DNA of 63,975 nt, filler included, from Basidioascus undulatus (lineage: Eukaryota), in NCBI GenBank assembly GCA_000826855.1. It is 6 parts of 6 records of this genome, joined end to end, with 100 filler letters (N's around TTAATTAATTAA, not from the genome) between each part and the next. Parts side by side here need not be neighbours in the genome. Positions count along the whole stretch, not along the records: positions 21,869 to 32,677 come from JTLS01001082.1; positions 32,778 to 43,538 come from JTLS01001083.1; 4 more parts are not named here. One strand, 5' to 3'. Below, piece by piece: positions 24,867 to 37,323 of this stretch. The number at the start of each line of letters is the position of its first letter. Position 1 is the first letter of the stretch. The notes beneath the pieces were generated by a model that worked only from the letters and a program-made list of their open reading frames with translations, had not been told where the DNA came from and ran no database searches. Position numbers and translations under genes: made by a program.

Positions 24867-27800
24867 CTATGTTGGCAGATCCTCCGCAGCCCCGACAACC
24901 TCCACGACCAGCGGCCGCTGCGCGAACTGGACGACCCTCTCCGGGGGCGCCTCCTGCATCGCCTCCTCGATACCGCCCTTCCATTTCTTCTTCCCCGCGA
25001 GCGCACGCCTCCGCACGCGAGCCGCCTTGCCCTCGATCTCCTCCACGACTGCGCGGAAGGCGACGCGGCCTTCGGCGACGGGCGCGAACGGGAAGCGAAC
25101 CGTGGCGTGCTCATTCGGGGCCAGAGCGGACGGCAGCACGCGTGAGAGGAGGCCGTCGAAGACGGCCAGGTTCGCGGTCTGGGACCAGGCGGCGGCGGAC
25201 GTCGCCGGCAGAGGCGTAGACGCAGGTATAGGTGGTGCGGTCCAGGAAAGATCGTACGGGTCGCGCGGTACTGGTTCGAGTCGGACCTGGAGGAGCAGAT
25301 CGCGCTCTGGAAGAATTCTTTTCTCAGCCGATGGATGGCGATCTCATGGAAAGATGGGCACTCGCCGATGTAGTAATTGTGTACGGACACCACCACGTCG
25401 GCGAACTCGTTGACGGTCGTCCGCCACGTATCTCCTTTCCGATGACGAACGGCGTTGCCCAGCGTTCCCTCCACCGAGAGACGCACGTCGAGCGGATCTC
25501 GCTGGAAGACCTCGAGCATGCTCTTGGTTAGTCGCTGGCCGCGCAGGCTGAGCGATCCTCGTCGGTTTGTGCCGGGCTGTGTGCGGTACGTCAGTGCCAA
25601 TTTGATAAGAACCAGCTTGACGGCAACCTAAAGACGTACCTCCTTCCATGTCGCACGTATTGACTTGGACAGCGCTTCGCGATACCAGAACAGCTCACGA
25701 GATGTCCGCTCGTCGCTGCCCGACGCCGCCGACTGCGAGACGACGTATTGCCGATCTGAGCGCGACGGGATCGGCTGTGTCGTTTCTGCGTCTGGCAGTC
25801 TCAATCGAGGGAGAGGCAGTGCGACCCTAGAAAGCACACTGCGTCAGGAAATGCGGTCAGCTGATGCGACGACAGAGACGCACCGTGCAGTCGCGCCGGG
25901 CGGAACCAGTCTCGTCGTGCAGTGGTCGAAAGCCGACGCGTCGAGTACGGCTGCAAAGTACAGACTGTAAGCGCCGCTGCGGTCGATAAAAACGACAGAA
26001 TCACGAACCGTCTGCGGAGAGCTCAAACGTGACCTCGAATGGCTGGCCGAAGCGGTTGCGCACGTCCGCGGTGAACAGACATTGGTCGTTTGTCCAGTCC
26101 GCGGGGGGCGAGTGCTCGCTCGAGTGGAAGGACGGAGACGTTGGGGAGGAGGAGGAAGGTGTGTCGAGTCGGAGGAGGTCGATAGCGTGACACTCGAGGT
26201 TGGTGTGGACGGTGACGAGGAGTGGGAAGGCGAGGCGACGGGTGTGGAACAGGGGAGAGGGTGGAGATGCGCGGTCGAGGTGGCCATAGTTGATATTGAT
26301 GGATCCGGAGGTACTGCGGGAGTGCATCTCATGTCAGTAAGACCGATAAGACCGACGCCACAAACCGGAAGAGAGTGTTTAGTGCAGGCGCGTACCATCC
26401 GACTTTGCCGATGCATTGAACGTTCAAAGTGTAGGTCCCGTCCGGCGGAATAGAGACGGGCTCCGTGGGCGGCGTCCACGCGAAGACGGGCCGATCGGCG
26501 AGATCCGACTCGAGCTCGTACGCCTCCGCAGCGCAGAGGTTGCCCTCGGCGAGAGCGAGCTGCGCGGCAGCTGCCCAGGAGTCTTCGAAGCTCAGGCTGA
26601 CGAAGTCTACGGGGAGAGAGGAGACGTTCTCGAGCTCAACCTCGACAACGGACCTGCAATAGGACGTGACGTGATGGCGATCAGCGCTGGAACCTCGAAA
26701 CACAGGAATCTTACACGATACGCACAATTCGCCGTCATACAGCATCAACGCTCCATGGGTGGCTAGGGACGTCGAGCGAATGCGCAGCAGCGGCTGCTCG
26801 GGCACGATGTTGATCTCGAGGAACGTTGGTTGAGCGGGCGGGGCGACCTTAGCGAGCGCAGCGGAGAGCGGGCGTTCCCTCGCCAGCGAGGGACGTGCGT
26901 CGAGGCCGACGAACTTGACGCGGCCCTCGAGCTCGAGGCGCGCGTTGCGCGCCTTGTCCTTGCGCTTCTGCTCGTCCGCCGTCGACAGCGGGAGGAGGAT
27001 CTCATGCTCGCGCGTGTCGGCCATGCGCACTTTGCAGCCGCGCACGACCAGCATGCCTGGCTCGGTCGCGACGCCGCGGAGCGCAATGCTGTGCAGGCTT
27101 GCGGCGGGGATCGAGACTGACGTGGGCTCTGCGTCGAATGGCACACCGGACGTGCTACGATGAGACAGCAATCAGCACCGAAGCTCAAGAATGAAGGCTA
27201 CTTGTCATACGCTTACCTGAGTTCGATGCTTTGCAGTTCGAGATCGAAGCCAAAGGGGTTTTGCAAGGTGACGACAAACTCGATGGGCTCGTTCTGCGCG
27301 GCGACAGACTGCGTTGATGCCTCGTCAGATAGATCGTTCAGCGCGTCCACGCTGGAACTAAGCTCACGAACCTTCGCCGAACTCGAAGCGCGAGTCTTCG
27401 TCCTATAAAGTCCCTGTCGTGCAGCAGTCGGGACGTCTACCTCTTCCGAAGTGAGGGCGTTCTCGTGCGGGACCCGATCAGGCGACAAGCTGCATTCCCA
27501 CCGCTAATCAGCTCAGTATCAGCGGTCGGCAACGAACGAACGCGTACAGTACGACCTCGAGGCTGACGACCGGATCGGGCGCCCAAAAGTCGAGCTCGAG
27601 CTTCTTGTCCGTGCCGGTGTCGGCGCCGGCGCTTTGTCGGGCGGCCACGAGCGCGCGCGCGGCGATGAGGCTCAGGTGGTACTGCTCTGCGGGGCTGAGG
27701 TGGGCGTGCAGCGTGCGGAGGAGGATGAGGGAGAAGCGGATGATGGAGGGGTAGTCTATAATGTGGATGGTTAGGCTGGACTATCAGTACGAGCGATGGA

Positions 27801-30045
27801 CGCGGGAGGCAGATAGACCAGCAAGGACGCACCGGGGAGAGCCTCGCTGACAGCGATGGCGTCGCGGAGGAGTGCGACCTGCAGCGCGGGCCAGCCAAAG
27901 TGGTCGCCCTGCCGCGGCAGGTCGCGAGGGAAGGCCGCGGATTCCTCGCCCTCGATGAGAAGTCCCGGGCCCCTGAGGTCGATCCCGTAGACGTCGCACA
28001 CGCTCTCGAGGACCGCGAGCAGGTCCTCGCTGCCGTGGGTCGACTCGCCCGCTACGACGCCGTTGGTCCCACGCCCCGAGTTCCGGGTGAGGACGACGAG
28101 GTCGAGTTCGCGCGCCTCGACCTCGCGGAGGAAGAAGGCCTCGCGCCTCCGGAAGCCGAGTTGCGCGTGGATGGCAGCAAGCGCGGAGAAGACGCGGAGC
28201 TGCTCGGTCGGGTCAAAGAAGAGGATGAAGGGCCCGTGCGCCTGCGAGGCGACCTCGGTGATCGTCGCGCGGGAGAGGAGGGGGATGCGGGTACCGTGGG
28301 CGAGGAGGCGGGCGGGCGAGGGAGAGGGAGAGGAAGTGAAGATACTGGGGACGCCGCCGCGGACGAGGAGGTTGAGGCAGTCGGGCGTGAGCCCCGCGCA
28401 GCCCCAGATGGTCAGCAGGAAGCGCGCGAAGCGGAGGACGGCGCGGGTGTAGATGAGCGGCGCGGTGAGGTCGAAGCGCGTGAAGGCCTCGGGCACGCCG
28501 CCGTTTGCGAGGGAGGCCAGGGAGGAGGTCGGGCGGTCGAAGGGGGATGGGAGGGGGAAGGCTTTGGCATAGAGGACCAGGGCGGAGGCGAGCTTGTCTG
28601 CGAGCGGCGACCACGGTTCTCGAGCTGGATGAGACTTGTCGGCGGGCAGCGGCGGTGGCTGTGGAGGCTTGTCAGCCGCGTCAACTTGCAGCTTGTCTAA
28701 ACGTTGTCGCGACGCACAGGTTCTTCGGTCTGGTGCCAGTACTGCAAGACCTGAGCGATGGCCAGGTTCTCCGTCGCTGCGCCTAGCCACAGCGCATCCG
28801 CAGGAGTCCGGAGTTGAGGGAGGGCGTCGTTGTAGCTGAAAATGCCCCGACCATTAGCCGACATATCGAGGGCACACCGCCGCCCACCCACCTTGATATC
28901 GCATCGTTCAAGCGCCCAGCGAGGAGATACAGATCGCCAAAGAGCTTGCTCTGCCTTCCATCTATCTTCTTTCGTCGCTGCCCAGTGCCTGGCGGAGGCG
29001 TGTCCGAGCGTGGCGACGCGGATCGCGAGAAGAGGTTGGCCTGTGCGCCGAGGCCGGACGGCGTGCGCGCCAGCGACGGGGCACTCAGGACACCGGCGGA
29101 TGTGGAGCGCGGGAGAGAAGACGGGGGGCTTGCGGACGCGGAGATGGCGTTCGAGGGCAGGCGGTGGTGGATTGCGGAGGAGTTGGCAAGGAGGTAAGGG
29201 GGGATGAGGCCGAGGGAGGGCGTGGTGATGGAGGGGAGGTACTCGATGGTGGCCGCCTATAGAGACGCAAAGAGGACATTCAGCCTCATCAGCTTTACTT
29301 AAGCGAGCAGCAGGACACGCACCATGCTATGAAACCCCGCCAGAATGCTCGCAATCACGTCGGCGACGAGCGTGCTCAGGTAGAACCCCGTATCCTCAAC
29401 AACGACGACGTCCTCCGCGCCTGGGGCCGGCCCCGCCTGGTCCTCGCCCTCGCACGGCTCGAACGCCCAGCAACGCTCGACACGCGCGCGCTGGACGTCC
29501 GGCAGGCGCGCCAGCGTGCTCTGGAAGGCGGCAGCGCCCGCTGCGAGGGACGGGTGCGACGGACAGTCGAGGATGCCGATGATCGCGTGCGGGAGGTACG
29601 CGGGCGAGAGAGCCGCGAGGGAGGTGACGGACGCGGGGAGGGGCGCGGTGTGGAAGGAGAGGTGAATCGTGTGCGGGTGCGGCGAGAGCGGGGGCGGGTG
29701 GAAGGGGGCTGTAAGGGGATCGGAAGGGGTTCAGCATGCATAGCGAGCTTTTGAATTTCTGGCCCTGTGTCCTGCAAAATCCACTCCGAGGATCCAAGAT
29801 GTCCCTCTGCACAAGCCCGGCAGGTGGTGTGCCATCCCAGCTGGGTGATCCTTTCAGGAGTTCGACAAAAGGGAACTCTGGACTCTGGACTCACTAGACC
29901 CCGGCACGTCCGCCCCTTTGACTTCCCTAAACTGCTCCATCCTCTCGACCCATCGCTGCCACGCCTCGCGCCTGATGGGCCCCACCGGGAGGAGGATGAT
30001 GTTGAGGTGCGCCGGCGCGCAGAACGCGTCCGCCCGCACGGACAT
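24867..30045 (-). CDS. TRS120: TRAPP II complex subunit Trs120 / TRAPPC9 (multi-exon)
   Basis: N-terminus AFCAPAHLNIILLPVGPI; LGFRRREAFFLRE; FGWPALQVALLRDAIAVSEALP; VAAQNEPIEFVVTLQNPFGFDLELQSIEL; VPEQPLL...HGALMLYDGE; TVRNRFGQPFEV-type segment. Stop at 24867. Confidence 0.9.
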
Positions 30046-30560
30046 GGCGGGGGCGACCGAGATGGCGGTAGTAGTGAGAGCCGAGGCGAGCTGATGATAA
30101 TTTGAGGGGAGACGAGCAAGACCAGACCCGTCTGGCGCAAGGCTGGCGAGGTGAAGATGAGGGTCGAGGTCGAGGGTGAGCTGGAGGGGCAGTCTCACCG
30201 CTCGTGTCCTGAACGCGGCGGCTTCGCGCGTGACAGTGAGTGCACACACGCGTCGAACTACAACGAACCCCAAACGCTTTGTGGTAAACACAAAGCAATA
30301 ATACAATTTCAGAGTGGAGATTAGTTCCTGGTCATGCAGTCTGCATCGAAGGTGCGCTCAGAAAAATACGGTCGATTGAGAGTCGCACTCAAACTGCCAG
30401 CATCCTCAAGGGGCGTCGTCGACAATCGGCAGGACGCTCGAACCAGGGTATAATGCAGCAAGTTACAACAATACAACAAGACTTGAAACTTAAAGAAAAG
30501 CGCGCAAGAACCATCCTATCCAACCCCTCTTCAAGCCCTCTTCAACCCTCCTCAATCCCC

Positions 30561-32161
30561 TCACATCCCCCTCTCCATCCCCATCCCCTCCACGCCCCCT
30601 ACCGCCGCCGCTGCCGCCGCCGCATCCGCCATCGGGAACGGCGGCGCGCCCTGGAACGCGAACGCCTCTGGCGGTGCGATCTCGCGGTTATGCTGAAGCT
30701 GGTGCTGCGGCGCCGGCGGGGGAGGGGGAGGGGGCGCGAACTGGTGCTGGTGCTCGAGCTTCGGGTCGGAATGGTTGGACTGGTTGTGGTTGTGTGAGGA
30801 GTGGTGATTCGGGTTGTTGGGGTCCGGCTCGCCCTCGCCGTCGAGCTCCTCGCCCTCGTCCGACTCGTCCTGCACCTCTGACCGGAGCACGACTTTGCCA
30901 CGGTGCAAAGTGTAGAAGCTCATGAAGCTCCGCTGGCCGCCGCTGCCCGTCGTGAAGGGGATGAGGAGGCCGTTGGGGCAGACGCTGGGCCCAGACAAGC
31001 TTATCAGCCTGGCTTTCCTGTGGTGTGGGAGTGCGAGGAGGGAGGACGCACAGACGGCGATTCGGGCCCTTCACGGACCGGCAGAGGTTGAGCACGTCCT
31101 TCTCGAGCTGGCCGACATGGAGATACCCACTGTTCCTCCACACCCCGATCAGATAAGCTTGTGCGGGAATGCAGACAAGCAGCAGCAGCACGCACGTCTG
31201 GAAGATATCATCCGTCGAGACCAGAGTCTTCTCGTCCCGCGTGCCGCCGGCAGAGCTGTACGACATCCGGGGCTTCTTCAGCTTGGGCTTGGAGCTCGGC
31301 GTCGAGGCGGAGTCTCCCTCGGCCGATTTGGGCAGTTGGGGTCTGGGGGCGCGATGAGCTCGGGTGTCTCCTGTCGCGACGCATGACCTGGACTAGACCT
31401 ACTCGTTCCTGTTCCCGCCCTCCTTCTCCGGCATCTTCGAACTCTCCTGCTCCTCCGCGCCCCTTCCTCAGCCCGCCGGCCCCCTGCCCAGCCCCTGCCC
31501 AGCCGCAAACCCACTCCACTCACCGGCGTCTCCCCCTCCTCAGCCCTCCGCTTCTGCGCCTGGCTCCCATTCGACCCACCCGCCCCATTCACCCCCGACC
31601 CCGGGGCCGGGCTTCCCCACGTCCCATTGTTCATAGGCGTCGCCGCGCCGTTCCCGTTGCTGATGGGGTGCGCAGCGGCGGAGGGTGCGGCGGGAGTGAC
31701 GGGGAAGCTGAGTGGGCTCGCGACGCTGCTGAGGTGCTGTGCGAGCGCGAGGTCGCGCCGGGACCAGGAGGCGACGGTGGCCTGTTCCCACCAGCATTGA
31801 CTCCAATCAGAGGCTTTCTCTCGGAGCTGCGATAAGAAGGAAAGAAACGCACATCAATGCACGCCCCGGTCATGCCCGCCAGATCAATCTGGTCCGAGAT
31901 CGGCCGCTGCATAAGCCCAGCCCAGAGTTAGCTCCGCCTCTTGCCCTTTCCCTCAGAGAGCGTGCAAACATACGCCATACACAAGCTGGTGCATCATCCT
32001 CCCCGTTGTCTCGACCAAAAACGCGAGCTCCTCGCGCTTCGCACCCGCCAGCAGCGATTTCCAGCCCTGCTCGTCCTCGCCCACCCCTCTCATCTCAGCA
32101 TGTCTTCTCTGTTCAGTGCAAGACAACAACGCACCTCATGGGGCGCCTCAGACGACGACAT
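30561..32161 (-). CDS. Hypothetical multi-exon protein with low-complexity acidic/His/Pro C-terminus
   Basis: Probable ATG 32161 (MSSSEAPHE|). GC3-rich exons bounded by GT..AG read LREKASDWSQCWWEQATVASW, YLHVGQLEKDVLNLCRSVKGPNRR and SGPSVCPNGLLIPFTTGSGGQRSFMSFYTLHRGKVVLRSEV. Family not recognised. Confidence 0.65.
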
Positions 32162-32677
32162 GACCGCGAGAGGATAGGCTACGTAACGAACGAACGGATT
32201 GGGACGCGGACCGACGCGATCTTTGAAATGACAAGGACGAGCGCGAAAGAGCGTCGACTTCAGACGAAACGGAAGGAATTCGGCCGCAGGCATTCGCCCA
32301 GCAAGCGCTATGATTTTTGTTTTACGCGCCGCTTTCGGTCCGAAACGGCGCCAGCGGGGTTCGCAGCCCTCGAGCTTCGCAGTCTGCTCCAACTGCTGTG
32401 CCCGGCCCGAGCTGTTTTGTCCATTAAAGGTTCCCTCTTCATTCAGGTATATCCGGGGTTGCGGCTTGACTGATCTGGCTTGGTCGCGTCAGGTTTCAAC
32501 GGCTCAGGCTGTATTTCTTCAACTCTGGGGCTAACGTTGCTCGACTGTCTGGTTCGCGTACGCGGTAAGTGGTAGTTTGGGATGTGGAAAGGATAGTTGA
32601 GTCAAAGTTATCAAGTAATGAGACTGCTGACAGCTCCTCTCTCACGACAGAAAGCGATGCATGCGGAACCCCCCCCC

Positions 32678-32777
32678 NNNNNNNNNNNNNNNNNNNNNNN
32701 NNNNNNNNNNNNNNNNNNNNNTTAATTAATTAANNNNNNNNNNNNNNNNNNNNNNNNNNNNNNNNNNNNNNNNNNNN
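32678..32777. other. Artificial contig linker
   Basis: N44-TTAATTAATTAA-N44. Confidence 0.99.
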
Positions 32778-33925
32778 AGAGGGGGGAGGTGGTGGCGCGG
32801 GGAAGGGAGGAGGAGCAGGTGGGGAGGATGTGGGGTTCGGGAAGTGGATAAGGGGACTGGGGAGGAGAGTGAGGGCAGCGTTCGTCCTGGGATGAAGACG
32901 AGTAGATGGTGAGAGGCAGGGGGCGTAGAGGGACAGGGTAGGGCGGTCGTAGACTTTGCTTAGGACGTTCCATGGACGGATTCAGATGAGCAAGCAAGTT
33001 TGCTTTTGCTGGTCTCCCCTTAACAGCGATCTGCGTGTACGCAGAACAGCTCGTGCCTCGCCCTATCGTTACATCCATGGCTCGGGGAACTCCACCCGCT
33101 GTGACGAGCAACTTGCATTTCTCACGGGCGCATGTTTCCTTCCTTCCTTCTAAATACAGTGCTTTTACGGACGAATGTGTCTAACATGAGACGAATGGGA
33201 AACCAAAAGGGCACGCCCGGGTCTTACGCACAAATGCGCACAGCTCACGTCGCCGGCAGTGCTGGAGCAGCTGCATAGCTCGTAAAGTCGAGACAGCTTC
33301 AAATGAGAAGGAAGGTACAAAAATGCCGTGGCTTCGTGCATCGAGTCTGCCACTAGTTCCTTCGAGGCCGACTTCGGCAGCATACGAGGATTTGGCTTAC
33401 TGACGAAAAATATAAAGTTCTCTCTCAAAAGAAACAAGAAAGTAGAGCATTTCTGGGAAAGTTTATCACTCACGGCATCTGAAGGGTGGCAACGTCAAAG
33501 CAATACTTCTGAGCAGCAGGACCTTTTCAAGTGGACGAAACAGCTTCAAAAACATTGACAATCTGTGGTCGTTTTTACTGTTCTTTAAAGTCACAAGGCA
33601 AAGAGACTGCATGATGTCCATCAGTAAGGTCGATGCTGGGAGGATGTGGCTCGCCATCTGGAGCTACAAAGGTCTATATTCTTTAGCTTCTTCAGAGTTT
33701 ACATGCCGGGACTTGACAAAGCTGTGGGTGAGGCAGAATGGGATATGCTGCATTTGCATCGGTCGACCTTGGTTCAACAAAGAAGGCAAAGAGCCGCGAA
33801 GGCCGGTTCCGAAACATTCAAAAACACAGACCCTCCTCCAGCTCCTCGACTTGCTTGCCACATGCCACAGCAATTTACATAACCAGATCTCCTCATCTGC
33901 ACATTAGACCATCTGCTCTCCATGG

Positions 33926-34324
33926 GTGCACAGCTATCCCGCTACGGCAGCGACCCTCACTGTGCTTCAGCCGATCGCGACAGCACGCAGGCTCCGACCG
34001 ACCACTCCGCCGCGCCGCACCAATACCTGCGCTTCACAGACGACCGCTCCAGCTCACCCTCCAGTTACACCCTCGGAAACGAGATCATCTTCTGTTCCCG
34101 AGACTGAGGCGTTGTATACTGAGTATGAAAGCGACTGGCGCGAATACAAGAAGCTGGCGCGGAGGGGGCTGCCGGTCGACCCGGACTTCGAGGCCAAGGT
34201 CAAGGAGCAGCTCGAGTTCATCAGTAAGCCTATCCCTTACAATCCTTCCAGTGTGAGATTTATGCGAAGGGGTCTAATTGGGGGCCGGCGCCAGATATTC
34301 TCGATCGTCGCTACTTCTTCTTGA
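33926..34324 (+). CDS. Short hypothetical ORF or gene relic
   Basis: Segment ALYTEYESDWREYKKLARRGLPVDPDFEAKVKEQLEFISKPIPY has coding-like codon usage. No family recognised and boundaries are uncertain. Confidence 0.3.
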   Translation: MHSYPATAATLTVLQPIATARRLRPTTPPRRTNTCASQTTAPAHPPVTPSETRSSSVPETEALYTEYESDWREYKKLARRGLPVDPDFEAKVKEQLEFISKPIPYNPSSVRFMRRGLIGGRRQIFSIVATSS

Positions 34325-35880
34325 TGGAGGCGGATCAGAGGGACTTCCGGAGGACGAGGCCATTCGGACGCTAGGGCACCATCATCAGGATCCTCCACTG
34401 GTGAGGCCCAGCTCCGTACTCCCGCATGTAAGCCAGCCGGCTGATTTGCCCGGTGTTTTTGCAGGGGACTCCGGGTTGGAGGACACGGAGGGCGTCCGGC
34501 ACCGGAAGGGCGGGCGTGCAGGCCAGGAGCCTTCTCGCACTGAGTCTGGTTATCCTGGAACTTCAAGCGACGGTGTTGTACCTGAACAATTGATCACTCA
34601 ACCCCTTGTCGGTATTTCGATCCGTCGACCCAACGTGAAAGAAGGAACATGCAACATGCAGTGAATCTATGCTAAGCCCGGGGAGCCATTTATTTAGCAA
34701 TCCTATTACAGCAGATCCCAAGGTCAAGGCATTTCACCGAACTTTCGACCGGGAGGAGAAGGGGGGAGAGATGAGGAGGTTGGGAAGCGTGGCGAGGGCG
34801 TGACGAACCATCTGCGAGCAGTTTCGTCGAGGTCCATGCCAAGCGTGCTCGCAACCTACACCCACTCGGCCCGAAGGCTCCGCATGCCCTGAGAACGGCG
34901 CCTGGCGTGCTCGGCGGACGCGATTATTTTGAGATACCAGGCGGGCTGCGGGTCGGCCGTAGCGAACGTGGTGAGCGCGGTGAGCCGGGCAAACGAGCGT
35001 TGGCACTCGTCAGACACAAAATTTTCCAGCCCTGACGACGGTCGAGCGGCCTCCTTGAGCTTACCACTGATTGCATCAACGTAATTTGTCCCTATGCCAT
35101 AGCTCGCCCCCGACTCATGGATTTTGCTGAACATCATTCGTTTTGAAACACGCGCTCAGTGACTGTAGAAGCCATCTGGAGGTCGTTTCCGCGGCGCGGA
35201 CTTCCAAGGAAGTGCCGGCGACATTCCTCTCTGGTACCACAGCACGATCAGCCATGAGGGGTATTCTCAAGAGTTGGGGGTTCAGTCGGTACACTGAATG
35301 CAGCGACAATTCGGACGAGACTCACAGACTGGCAGTTCAGACCGAGGAAGGCTCCCTGCTCCGAAGGACAGGCCACGTGCTTGTCTTTCCCTCTAGGGTG
35401 GTACCGACGGAACCCCCAACTCTTATTCAGTCCTGCCGGACCCAATGCCTGACCCAAGACGATTGCTGAATTTCACAAGGGTAGACGCCAATCCCCCTGA
35501 AGATGCTCCCTTAGGGTTCCCTTCGCCAGCTAAATATCAGCGGTGAACGCCGCCTCGGGTCCGGTTCGCGGACTGAAAGAATGTGGACTTGTTTGGGCTC
35601 GCTGCGAGGGGAGGAAAGTTTGAATGAGCTCGCGAAAATCTGAAAGTGAATGTCGTACATGCCCAAACTCGACTGCAATACAGATCCACGCAAGCTATGA
35701 GAAACGTTGCATTACATTGTACTCAGCCAAAAAGTCCAGAGAAAGGCAGGGCTATCGACACCAAAAGGAAGTGCAAGAAGATCGAAGAACCGAAAAGTCC
35801 CGGAACCACCTCAACGCTGACGGTAAAGAATGAAACTGTACCATGAAACCTGAAAGGAGCGGGCTTGTCAATTACGGACA

Positions 35881-36288
35881 CTAGCTTCGGGGAAGCTGCG
35901 CACCAGGAGACCCAGAACCCTGCGTGGGACGACCCAGTCCGTATAGATGCTGTCGTAGTGAGAAGAAGCAAGCGCCCCGGCAAAGCAGTGCAGCAACAAG
36001 GCTGGCCAAAAACCCCCATCCGATCATGACGCCCATGATTGCACACGTCTCAGCGGTGCAGCCCTCATCCGGACGATGCAGTAGCGAATCCTGCGCCATG
36101 CAGCCTGCGACGAGCAGGACCAGGAGAAAGAGCCCGAGGAGGAAGGCGTTGAGGCTCGTCGTGGGGACTTTGCGGAGAGTCGACGTCGTGCCGGCGGACG
36201 CCGGCGCGGGTTGAGGTGCGGCGGGCTGAGCGGCGTTGACGACGGTCGAGGGGAGGCCGCTGGGACCGTGCCGTCTGGTCGGTAGCAC
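35881..36288 (-). CDS. Small putative two-TM membrane protein; 5' structure unresolved
   Basis: Two hydrophobic segments (AFLLGLFLLVLLVAGCMA; AIMGVMIGWGFLASLVAALLC) in a GC3-rich frame. No in-frame ATG at the ORF start, so upstream exons are likely. Confidence 0.4.
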   Translation of the reverse strand: MLPTRRHGPSGLPSTVVNAAQPAAPQPAPASAGTTSTLRKVPTTSLNAFLLGLFLLVLLVAGCMAQDSLLHRPDEGCTAETCAIMGVMIGWGFLASLVAALLCRGACFFSLRQHLYGLGRPTQGSGSPGAQLPRS

Positions 36289-37323
36289 CTCGGCAGGTGG
36301 AGTAATGGCTCAGCGTGGACCGCCCGAGAAGGAGTTGACAGCCACCCACCAGTGCTTGGGGTAGGGGGTAGTAGGTGCTGCAACGATTCCCATCCTACCG
36401 GGCCGTGATCAAGCTGGGAGAGAAGAGGAAACGCCGGCATAATCAGAAAGCTCACCCTCATGCTAATGACTTGGACTAGGACAGTAAGGATTTGTTAGAG
36501 GTGGTAACGACTTAAAAGTATGTGGCGCAAAGGTGGGGATGAACGCGGCGGTAGAAGGAAAAGAGGCTGGGCTGGGCGCCGGAATCGTCAGCACGACGGG
36601 GGTTCGCTGTCCGCGAGCTTTCGCTCGACATCACGCGGTGTCCGGCCACGCGACCTTGTTGGGCGGCACACTCCTTCTGGACATGGTTTCATTGCACACG
36701 CTACCCTCTGGCATCCCATCAACTGAACTGGCGGACTACCCCACGCCGAGAGCTTTCACAATCGCAGCAAAGCCAGTCTGTACAGCAAGAAGAGACCCGT
36801 ACAATGCCACGCAGATATAGGGGCTGCCTGATTTTGAAAACTGAGAATGTTACTTTGTGTGGACTGGAAATTTGGAGAGCCTGGCACGGATGGGTGGGGA
36901 TGAGAAGTGGCTGAAGAGGGAGAAGGCATGATTTCATTCGAATTGGCCGCATACGTTTCTGAGGGTGGCGTTTTACCAAAGTACAGTGATGAGAGTTTAT
37001 CAATACTTCGTGAAACGAAGATGGACAACTTAGGGAGCGTGCACTGCTGTGAGTGAGCGATCGGATGGACCTGTCCGACAATTCTGGTTTGCCACGATGC
37101 TCAACCCAACGTCTTATTTACAGTCAATTGTTTTGTTCGATCAGACGAGTCCGAAGCAGCGATCACCACTCCCTTATAGTGCACTTTCGGACCTCTTTTG
37201 CACATTCAGCCTCCTGCGTATATCGTGCACATTATCGCGCTCTGTCAATGCTCTGCCCAGCCTCATGCGAATACCCTATCTATTGCACAATCCAATTACA
37301 TCTGATTCCGAACCGAAAGAATA

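Noticed and set aside
34080..34160. Possible MYND zinc-finger remnant (FCSRD...DWREYK)
   Set aside because: The pieces lie in different frames with wrong spacing and no upstream CxxC pairs.
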